Of a stretch of DNA of 64,000 nucleotides, positions 19,178-26,698 are shown in pieces. Position numbers and translations under genes: made by a program. The stretch's first letter is position 1, and the number at the start of each line of letters is the position of its first letter. This DNA is from Deltaproteobacteria bacterium (GTDB taxonomy: Bacteria; Desulfobacterota; Desulfomonilia; UBA1062), in NCBI GenBank assembly GCA_035352355.1, contig DAOPXM010000009.1:39957-103956 (forward strand), in the 5' to 3' direction. The notes below the pieces were generated by a model that saw nothing but the letters and a program-made list of their open reading frames with translations, made no database searches and was not told the origin of the DNA.

Positions 19178-20892
19178 TTGCCGCCTTCCTCCCCGAGGAG
19201 CTTCGCCAGGTGGGAAAAGATGGTCTTGCTCTCGGCCGTGGTCTCGCCCAAGAGGTGGGCGATCTCGTGGGCCACGCGCATCTGCTTGCTCACCACCTCG
19301 CGAGTCCTCTGGAGCGTCTCTTCGCGGATGGCGTTGAACTTCTCCTTCTCCCTCTCCCGCTCGGTGACGTCGCGGATGACGGCCACCAAGAGTCCCTGGC
19401 CCTCCACAGGAACCACGGTCTGCTTCGTGACGATGTCTTCCCTGATGCGGCAGGCCTTGGCGTACACCGGCTGCTTCGTGTCCCTCACCGAGATGTAGTC
19501 GTCGAGCACGGACACGAGGGTCGACAGGTGCTTGCCCTCGACGTCGGCGAGCTTGCACTGGAAGAGGGCCTCGGCGGAGGGCGACATGTCGTTGATGATG
19601 AGGTTGTTGTCGAAGATGATGATGGCGTTGGGGATGAGGTCCATCACGACCTGGCGCAGGGATTCGGAGCGGCTGCGCATGTTGGGTATGCACATGGTGG
19701 CCTCGGCCATGCCCCTCAATGTCGCCACCGCCTTTTCCCGGCAGCTCGAGTAGCCGCACGCCCCGCAGTTGAGCTCGTCCTCCCTGGTGTACTTGTTGAC
19801 CCTGTGGAGCACCTCCTGGATCTGCTCTTCGGAAAACTCCGGGACGTAGACCTTGCGGTCCCGGTATGTCCGGGTCAGGTCAGGCCATTCCTCACGGGGG
19901 ATGTGAAGGTCGTTCTGCCGCCTGGCGTTGAACTCGATGATCTTCTGCCGCGCCAGGTAGAGGCTTCCGGAGAGGCCGGCCATGGCAGGCCCGTTGACGC
20001 ACCCGCCCTTGCAGGCCAGGAGCTCCACGATGCCCGCTTTGAGCGTGCCGGCCCGGATGTCCGAGAGGATGTCACCAATGGAATCGAGCCCGGAGGCCAC
20101 GATCATGGAGCCCTCGAGGATGTCCGTGTTCATCCTGGCGGTGCCGACGAGCCCGCCTTCGATGGGGAAGAGGCGCGCCATCTCCGGGGTCGCCTCACTG
20201 GAGGGCTCTTCTCCCGGCTGCAGGGTCACGCCGTTCTCGATGAAGAGCTCGAGCAGCCCCCGGAAGGTGATGACCGCGTCGATCACCCCCGATACCGACT
20301 CGGCGTGCATCTCCGCCTTCTTCGCTATGCAGGGCCCCACGAACACGACGTATGCGTCTTCTCCGTACTTCTTCTTGAGCAGGCGGCCGTGGGCGATCAT
20401 GGGGGACACGATGGGCGCCAGGTGGCCGATGAGGTCGGGGTGATACTGCTCGATGAGGTTCACCACCACCGGGCACGACGAGGTGATGATGGGCCAGCGG
20501 TCCCGGTTAGCCTCCATGTATTCGCGATGGGCGAGACCCACGATCTCGGCGCCGATGGCCGTCTCTTCGGCCGCATGGCAGCCCAGATCGAGGAGGGCCT
20601 TTTCCATCTCGGCAAAGCTGCCCATGTTGAAGAAGGCCGGCGCCGACGGCGCCACCGAGGCCACGATCTTGAGACCCCTGTCCCTGGCCCCCTCGATCTC
20701 CTGGCGGGCGCTCTGGATGCTCTTGGCCTCCTGGGGACAGACGCGCACGCAGGTGCCGCAGATGATGCAGAGCTCTGGCACCACGTTGGCCTGGTGCTCC
20801 TTGACCCGGATGGCCTTGACGCCGCAGTTGCGCACGCACAGGTAGCAGTCGCGGCAGCGGGCGGGGTTGGTCATGATGACCGGTTCGTTCAT
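19174..20892 (-). CDS. sensory-type [FeFe]-hydrogenase-like protein with a C-terminal PAS domain (HydS/HfsB-like)
   Basis: N-terminal 2x CxxCxxCxxxC. H-domain motifs are TSSCP, GPCIAKKAE and ELLACKGGCVNGP. A PAS-like segment follows (LIPNAIIIFDNNLIINDMSPSAEALFQCKLADVEGKHL). Start is the ATG at 20892 with AAGGAGGGA upstream. Confidence 0.85.
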   Translation of the reverse strand: MNEPVIMTNPARCRDCYLCVRNCGVKAIRVKEHQANVVPELCIICGTCVRVCPQEAKSIQSARQEIEGARDRGLKIVASVAPSAPAFFNMGSFAEMEKALLDLGCHAAEETAIGAEIVGLAHREYMEANRDRWPIITSSCPVVVNLIEQYHPDLIGHLAPIVSPMIAHGRLLKKKYGEDAYVVFVGPCIAKKAEMHAESVSGVIDAVITFRGLLELFIENGVTLQPGEEPSSEATPEMARLFPIEGGLVGTARMNTDILEGSMIVASGLDSIGDILSDIRAGTLKAGIVELLACKGGCVNGPAMAGLSGSLYLARQKIIEFNARRQNDLHIPREEWPDLTRTYRDRKVYVPEFSEEQIQEVLHRVNKYTREDELNCGACGYSSCREKAVATLRGMAEATMCIPNMRSRSESLRQVVMDLIPNAIIIFDNNLIINDMSPSAEALFQCKLADVEGKHLSTLVSVLDDYISVRDTKQPVYAKACRIREDIVTKQTVVPVEGQGLLVAVIRDVTEREREKEKFNAIREETLQRTREVVSKQMRVAHEIAHLLGETTAESKTIFSHLAKLLGEEGGK

Positions 20893-20935
20893 GCGGTCCC
20901 TCCTTCGGTGCTGCTGGCCGTGGCCATATGGCGCC

Positions 20936-21202
20936 CTACTTCTTGAGCAGGGCGCTGTTTGCCCTGGGCAGGATCTCCCGGTGGAAGAACCCCTCCGCAT
21001 CCTCGGGTCGGATGCCGCTGAACGCGACATCGCCCACGCGGACGGAGACCCCCTTCGAGCAGGTGTCCATGCAGAAGGCTCCGACGATGTCCACCAGTCC
21101 GGTCAGGCTCTCCTTCTCGATGAGGCGCTGGAACTCGGCTGCAAGCTCGTCAGAGCCGCGGATGCTGCATGAGCTGCCGACGCATATGGTCACGATGAGC
21201 AT
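20936..21202 (-). CDS. thioredoxin-like [2Fe-2S] ferredoxin
   Basis: MLIVTICVGSSCSIRG (Cx4C) and FCMDTC (Cx3C); 88 aa. Lies 13 nt downstream of the fusion hydrogenase stop. Confidence 0.75.
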   Translation of the reverse strand: MLIVTICVGSSCSIRGSDELAAEFQRLIEKESLTGLVDIVGAFCMDTCSKGVSVRVGDVAFSGIRPEDAEGFFHREILPRANSALLKK

Positions 21203-21215
21203 GTCTTCCGTCCTC

Positions 21216-24200
21216 TCACCCGTCGAGCAGCGACGCGAGATGGGTGTCAATGAACCCGGCGGCGTCGGCCGTGTCGATGCCGGAGATGATCTTCTGGCCC
21301 ACCACGACGTTTGGCCCGCCTTCGCACTGGCCGGTGCAGAACCGCGCCTTGATCCGGAAGCGCTCCGAGAGCCCCCTGCGCCTCAGCTCGGCCGCGAGGC
21401 CCTCGAGGAGCTTCCAGGACCCCTTGACATAGCAGTTCGTGCCGATGCAGACCCCCACGTCGATGACGGGCAGCTCCTTCAGGATCACCTCGGCCTGCTT
21501 TTCCTCGAACCGCATGGAGCGGCGGCGGTAGGTGGTGTGGAGCGCGTGGTGCGACGTCTCGCTCACGGGCTGACCCAGCCAGTTTTCGTATATGGCCTGG
21601 ATGGCGGGGTTGTCCTGGCTCTTCCTCACGGGCGCCTCCTGGTCGAGCCGGTAGAGGACCTCGAGACGCGCCGCCGTGTCGCTGGCAATCTCGGGCGCAG
21701 GGTTGCCTGAGCCGTTGATGCAGCCGCCGGGGCAGGCCATGACCTCGATGAGGTCGTAGGGGGCGTCGCCGGAGCGGATGCGGTCGATGAGGTTCTGGGC
21801 GTTCTGCAGTCCGCTCACCACGGCAAGCCTCACCGTGACGTCACCTAAGGTCACGTTGGTCTCCTTCACCCCCTGCAGGCCGCGCACGCCTTCGTAGGTG
21901 AAGCTGTCGAGGCGCTTGCCCGTGACCCGCTCTGCAGCCAGGCGGAGCGCCGCTTCAGCCACGCCGCCGCTGGCCCCGAAGATGACGCCCGAGCCGCTCG
22001 CCTTGCCGAAGAAGGTGTCCACCGGGATGGGTTCGATGGCCTTCGGGTCGATACGGCGTTCGGAGAACATCCCGATGACGTCGTTCGTGGTGAGGACCAC
22101 GTCCACGTCCGCTATGCCGTCGTGGCTGAACTCCGGCCTCGCGGCCTCGTACTTCTTGGCGTTGCAGGGCATGATGGACACGAAGTAGAGGAGCGCCGGG
22201 TCCACCTTGAGCTGTCTGGCGAAGTACTGCTTCATGACCGCGCCGAACATCTGCTGGGGCGACTTGCAGGAAGACAGGTGTGGCAGGATGTCCGGTGCCA
22301 TCTTCTCGCAGTAGTTGATCCAGGCCGGGCAGCAGGAGGTGATCTGCGGCAGCACCCCGCCCTCGGCGAGGCGGCTCAGGAACTCGGTGCCCTCCTCCAT
22401 GATGGTGAGGTCCGCCGCCCAGCAGGTGTCGAAGACGAAGTTGAAGCCGAGCCGCTTGAGACCGGCGCTCAGGACGGCCATGGCATCCTCGGGGGAGATG
22501 CCGTAGTGCTGGGCGAACGCTGCCCGCACGGCCGGTGCGATCTGGGCCACCACCGTGAGCTCCGGGTTCTGGAGCGCCCTGTACACCTTGGGGAGCACCG
22601 GCTTCATGACCAGGGCGCCGGTGGGGCAGATGGAGGCGCAGTGGCCGCAGGCCACGCAGGTGGTCAGATCGAGGGGCCGGTGGTCGTTGGGTCCGATGGT
22701 GAGGACGCCCTTGGTCTCGTGGAAGCTCAGGGCGGACACGCCCTCCATCTCGCGGCACACCTTGAGGCACAGGCCGCACAGGATGCACTTGCCGGGGTCC
22801 CGGGTGATGATGGGGTGATTGTCGTCGACCGGCAGGGGCGTCGCCGGAAGCGTGTGGTCGATCGTGACGTCGTAGAGAGTCGCGCAGTCCCGCAGGTCGC
22901 ACCCGTAGCGCTCGGTGCAGCCGCACGCCAGGCACCGGGCCGCCTCGTCCATGGTGGTGTCCATGTCCCAGGTCTTCGACGACTCGTCGAAGGTCCCCTT
23001 CCTCGATTCAGGGGAGAGGACCGCGATCTCCCGGCGCTCGGCAGGCCTCACGCCCTTGAATTCCTCCGCCGGGATATCCTTCCAGCTCCCCTTCGAGCAG
23101 GTGTAGGGCTCGGGGGGAAGTTCGACCGTACCGGTCCGGATGAGGGAGTCGATGGCCTCGGCAGCCCTCCTGCCCGCGCCGATGGCGGCGATGGCGATGT
23201 CCGGCCCAGTGACGCAGTCCCCGCCCGAGAACACCCAGGGGTCAGCGGTCTGCATGGTCACCGGGTCTGCCTTGATGTTGCCCCATTTGTCCAGCAGGTT
23301 CGCGTTGCCCACGCTGGCAGCGTCCACTGCCTGGCCGATGGCCGAGATGATCGTGTTGGCGGTGATGGTGAAGTCCGAGCCCGCCACCGGGACCGGCCTC
23401 CTCCTGCCGCTCTTGTCCGGCTCGCCCAGCTCCATGCGGGTACAGGTCATCTGGAGCATGGAGCCGGCCTGCCTGATGGAGACGGGCGCCGTGAGGTACT
23501 GGATGTTCACCCCCTCCTCGATGGCCTCCTCGATCTCGATCTCCTGGGCGGGCATCTCGTGGCGGGTGCGGCGGTAGGCGATGGTCACGTCCCTGGCACC
23601 CAGCCTGAGCGCGCTGCGGGCAGCGTCCATGGCGGTGTTGCCGCCGCCGATGACGAGGACCCTCTCCCCGATGTCGGGCTTTTCGCCCCTGGCCAGCCTG
23701 GCCAGGAAGTCGAGGCCGGACATGACGCCGGGCAGGTCTTCGCCGTCGACGCCGATGGCGGTGGCCTTCTGGGCCCCCAGGCCTATGAACACGGCCGTGA
23801 ATCCGTCGCGCTTCAGGGACTCGATGGTGAAATCACGGCCGAGCTTCTTGTTGTACCGTATCTCGACACCCAGGTCGAGGATGGACCTGATCTCCTCGTC
23901 GAGCTGCCTTTCCGGCAGGCGGTAGTAGGGGATGCCCCAGCGGAGCATGCCGCCTGCTGCCTCCTGCATCTCGAAGATGGTCACGCTGTGGCCTTTCCTC
24001 CGGAGGAAGTACGCGGCGGTGAGGCCTGCCGGGCCGGCGCCCACCACGGCAACCTTCACGCCGGTGTCCGGTGCGCACTCGGGCGAGTAGGGGGACAGCT
24101 GGTACCGGTCCCAGTCCGCCACGAAGCGCTTGATCGCGTTGATGTTCACCGCGCCGTCCACCGCGTTGCGGCGGCACTCGGACTCGCAGGGATGGGGGCA

Positions 24201-24638
24201 GACGCGGCCGCAGACCCCGGGCAGGGGATTGCTCTCCTTGATGACCTCGAGGGCCTCGGCGAAGTTGCCCGAGGATACGTGATAGATGTATTTCTGGATG
24301 TCGATGTTGGCCGGGCACCTCTGCACGCAGGGGGCCACGCAGTCGCCGTAGTGGTTCTTGAGCAGGCCCTGGAGGTAGATCCGGCGGTAGCTCGTCAGCG
24401 CGTCCGATTGGGTCCTAACGATCATGCCCTCGGAGACACGGGTCGAAGTGGCGGAGACGAACCTGGTCTTTCCCCCTTCGATGACCTCAACGAACGCGAC
24501 TTCCACCGTGCTCGGGGCGCTGACCCTCGGGTCGTAGCCCAGTGCCGGGATGGAGATGCCGTGTGCCCGTGCTGCGTCGATGATGGTCGTGGTGCTGTCC
24601 GCTGTACACATTTTGTCGTCGATGGTTAAGGTGAGCAT
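21216..24638 (-). CDS. [FeFe]-hydrogenase fused to a GltD-like NAD(P)H:FAD module (glutamate-synthase-linked, group A2-like), with a C-terminal Trx-like [2Fe-2S] domain
   Basis: Domain order: Cys-less ferredoxin-like N-domain; GltD Fe-S (CVAPCVQRCP, GVCGRVCPHPCESECRRN); two Rossmann motifs (VVGAGPAGLTAA, VIGGGNTAMDAA); 2x[4Fe-4S] (CILCGLCLKVC, CVACGHCASICP); H-cluster motifs TSCCPAW, MPCNAKKYE and EVMACPGGCINGSG; SSU-like tail; then CIGTNC...CTGQC. Start set at the second ATG (24638), 5 nt after GGAGG; the track ORF runs to 24725. Confidence 0.9.
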   Translation of the reverse strand: MLTLTIDDKMCTADSTTTIIDAARAHGISIPALGYDPRVSAPSTVEVAFVEVIEGGKTRFVSATSTRVSEGMIVRTQSDALTSYRRIYLQGLLKNHYGDCVAPCVQRCPANIDIQKYIYHVSSGNFAEALEVIKESNPLPGVCGRVCPHPCESECRRNAVDGAVNINAIKRFVADWDRYQLSPYSPECAPDTGVKVAVVGAGPAGLTAAYFLRRKGHSVTIFEMQEAAGGMLRWGIPYYRLPERQLDEEIRSILDLGVEIRYNKKLGRDFTIESLKRDGFTAVFIGLGAQKATAIGVDGEDLPGVMSGLDFLARLARGEKPDIGERVLVIGGGNTAMDAARSALRLGARDVTIAYRRTRHEMPAQEIEIEEAIEEGVNIQYLTAPVSIRQAGSMLQMTCTRMELGEPDKSGRRRPVPVAGSDFTITANTIISAIGQAVDAASVGNANLLDKWGNIKADPVTMQTADPWVFSGGDCVTGPDIAIAAIGAGRRAAEAIDSLIRTGTVELPPEPYTCSKGSWKDIPAEEFKGVRPAERREIAVLSPESRKGTFDESSKTWDMDTTMDEAARCLACGCTERYGCDLRDCATLYDVTIDHTLPATPLPVDDNHPIITRDPGKCILCGLCLKVCREMEGVSALSFHETKGVLTIGPNDHRPLDLTTCVACGHCASICPTGALVMKPVLPKVYRALQNPELTVVAQIAPAVRAAFAQHYGISPEDAMAVLSAGLKRLGFNFVFDTCWAADLTIMEEGTEFLSRLAEGGVLPQITSCCPAWINYCEKMAPDILPHLSSCKSPQQMFGAVMKQYFARQLKVDPALLYFVSIMPCNAKKYEAARPEFSHDGIADVDVVLTTNDVIGMFSERRIDPKAIEPIPVDTFFGKASGSGVIFGASGGVAEAALRLAAERVTGKRLDSFTYEGVRGLQGVKETNVTLGDVTVRLAVVSGLQNAQNLIDRIRSGDAPYDLIEVMACPGGCINGSGNPAPEIASDTAARLEVLYRLDQEAPVRKSQDNPAIQAIYENWLGQPVSETSHHALHTTYRRRSMRFEEKQAEVILKELPVIDVGVCIGTNCYVKGSWKLLEGLAAELRRRGLSERFRIKARFCTGQCEGGPNVVVGQKIISGIDTADAAGFIDTHLASLLDG

Positions 24639-24839
24639 CATATCCTCCTCGGTCTGGGGTGCGCTGAGAGCTGGTTTTCCTGAAATGCCTTCAGGATATT
24701 GATCGGGGTATGGTGTATCATCCACGCTACCTCAAGATCATTCATGGCTGCTGTGTGGGCTATTTTATATCTTCTCAGTATCATTTATGAATATACAGCA
24801 AGTAACATAGGGAAGGCAATTTAAAAAAGTGTGAAAGGT

Positions 24840-25400
24840 TCAAGATAAGCGGTCTCTGTCCAGGATGGTGTTAATATTGGCGAATGTGATTTCGGGGTCT
24901 GTGTAGGCGCGGATGGTTTCATCGGGAATTCTCAGTGTGTTCACGCGGTCGAGCAGGGTGAATATCTTCCGCTCCCCCCTGTCCAGGAGGTCTTTCACCA
25001 CCGGGAGGACCCGCCGGTGATAGATGGCGTGGAGCGGTTCCCTGCCTTTCGACCAGACAGGTATGACCACGTCGTGCTCCCCGGACCGGGAGATCATGTA
25101 CGAGATGAATTCGCGGCTCAGTCTCGGCATGTCTGCGGCGAACACGAAGCACTGCGGTGTCCCGGCCACGGTGAGCGCGGTGTAGATCCCGCCCAAGGGA
25201 CCGTAACCGGGGAAGATGTCCTCGGCCACCCGGTGAGCCTCGAGCCCGGGGCGCCTGTTCCCGATGAGGATGACCTCGTCGAACAGGGGGGTGATCACAT
25301 CCACGACGTGGTCCACGAGGCTCTTTCCCTGGAAGGATGAGATGACCTTGTCGGAGCCGAACCTGCTCGACCTGCCGCCTATGAGTACGATGCCTGTCAT
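24840..25400 (-). CDS. mobA: molybdenum cofactor guanylyltransferase MobA
   Basis: MTGIVLIGGRSSRFGSDK (LxGGxSxRxG motif), about 186 aa. Start trimmed to 25400. Confidence 0.85.
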   Translation of the reverse strand: MTGIVLIGGRSSRFGSDKVISSFQGKSLVDHVVDVITPLFDEVILIGNRRPGLEAHRVAEDIFPGYGPLGGIYTALTVAGTPQCFVFAADMPRLSREFISYMISRSGEHDVVIPVWSKGREPLHAIYHRRVLPVVKDLLDRGERKIFTLLDRVNTLRIPDETIRAYTDPEITFANINTILDRDRLS

Positions 25401-25476
25401 GTGGGCTTTCACATAAAAATACCCGGGAGGGCGTGTCAAGGGCAATTATGTAGGCACGGCAAAACATAAATAGAGC

Positions 25477-25505
25477 TTGACGATACAGAACGCTTCTTCT
25501 ATACC
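25477..25505 (+). promoter_or_regulatory. candidate sigma70-type promoter for the hnd operon
   Basis: TTGACG (25477-82), a 17-nt spacer, then TATACC (25500-05). This would give a leader of roughly 280 nt before the GTG at 25793. Confidence 0.3.
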
Positions 25506-25792
25506 GGGTGCAGACAGGGGCGGCCTTTGGAGAAAACCCCGGATTACCATGAGTTACCAAGGAAAGGTTTCGAACAATTCCGGCCTGGGGGAAGGGTCCG
25601 TGGAATTCCTCCCTACTACCACACAGGGTGAAGGCGTACCTTCTAAGGTACCGGAAAAAAAGTTTAATCATCGGTGACTGAATAGTGAACCACCGTTCAG
25701 TTTCCACTTGATACGAACCCTTACTCGTGGTATGTCAGTTTCGACATGGGTGTCATGTATCAGAGGTCCGCAGAAATAATAAGGAGGGACAA

Positions 25793-26299
25793 GTGGCAGG
25801 TATTGATACGACTCAAATGGGCGCGGGGTTGGAGGAATTTTCCTCGGAACAACTCGCAAAAGTCGATGAGATCATTCTCAAGTTCAAGTCAAAGCCGGGC
25901 GCACTGATCCCGGTGCTGGAAGAGGTCCAGGATGTGTGCGGATATCTTCCCATGAGTCTTCAGCTTCGCGTGGCCAAGGGACTGGGCATCCCGGTGGCCA
26001 ACGTGTACGGCGTGGTGACTTTCTACTCATTCTTCACAATGGTCCCCAGAGGAAAGCACGTCATCAGGGTGTGCCTCGGCACGGCCTGCTACGTGAGGGG
26101 CGGCCAGAAGATCCTCGAATCTCTGGTCGGCACGCTGGGCATCGCACCTGGTGAGTGTACGGCGGACAGGAACTTCTCCCTCGAAACCGTGCGCTGTCTC
26201 GGCGCCTGCGGTCTGGCTCCGGTTGTTGTGATCGATGAAGATACTCATGGCCAGGTGAAGCCGGCAAAGCTCGATAGAATCCTGGCCGAGTACCGATAG
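25793..26299 (+). CDS. hndA: NuoE-like [2Fe-2S] subunit of NAD(P)-linked [FeFe]-hydrogenase (HndA/HydC)
   Basis: VCLGTACYVRGG (Cx4C) and RCLGACGLAP (Cx3C). GTG start at 25793, 4 nt after AAGGAGGG. Confidence 0.9.
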   Translation: MAGIDTTQMGAGLEEFSSEQLAKVDEIILKFKSKPGALIPVLEEVQDVCGYLPMSLQLRVAKGLGIPVANVYGVVTFYSFFTMVPRGKHVIRVCLGTACYVRGGQKILESLVGTLGIAPGECTADRNFSLETVRCLGACGLAPVVVIDEDTHGQVKPAKLDRILAEYR

Positions 26300-26308
26300 G
26301 AGGGTGAC

Positions 26309-26698
26309 ATGGCGAAGCTGACTATTAACGATCTCAAGAAGATCAAGGAAAAGGTTGAAAAAGAGGATCAGTTCCGGGCAGGCACCAAGCGCGTGAAGCT
26401 GACGGTTCACATGGGCACCTGCGGAATCGCGTCCGGCGCCAAGGGCATCCTCGATACGTTCATGAATGAAATCAGCGAAGCCAATGTGGAGGACGTGCTC
26501 ATCACCACGTCCGGCTGCATCGGCATCTGCTCCCGCGAACCCCTTGCGACGGTTGAAGAGCAGGGTAAGGAAGCCATCGTCTACGAGTACCTCACCGAGA
26601 ACAAGGCACGCCAGATCTTCAAGCGGCACGTCCTGGCCGGCGAGATCCAGACGGAGTTCGTCCTGGCACGGGGCAAAGAGCAGGAAGGGGGGAAGTAA
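26309..26698 (+). CDS. hndB: small thioredoxin-like [2Fe-2S] ferredoxin subunit (HndB-like)
   Basis: VHMGTCGIASGA and SGCIGICSREP; 129 aa. Lies between the NuoE-like and NuoF-like genes, as in Hnd operons. Confidence 0.8.
   Translation: MAKLTINDLKKIKEKVEKEDQFRAGTKRVKLTVHMGTCGIASGAKGILDTFMNEISEANVEDVLITTSGCIGICSREPLATVEEQGKEAIVYEYLTENKARQIFKRHVLAGEIQTEFVLARGKEQEGGK

Noticed and set aside
19178-19759. N-terminal 190-aa extension of the PP2C ORF. Similar track ORF extensions affect the RR (to 3451), M48 (to 2525), HydS (to 21030), hydG (from 31694), hydE (from 33303), aspA-like (from 33962), thiolase (to 56659) and the OM barrel (to 49578).
   Set aside because: The extensions overlap the upstream genes, are Arg/Gly/Pro-rich without motifs, and internal starts with good RBS or stop-start overlaps fit family N-termini.
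24829-24842. GTGTGAAAGGTTCA near the mobA stop and upstream of the fusion-hydrogenase promoter region, considered as a Rex or CRP/FNR-type operator.
   Set aside because: The half-site spacing (3 nt) and the second half-site do not fit Rex (TTGTGAA-N6-TTCACAA) or CRP/FNR (TGTGA-N6-TCACA) consensus.
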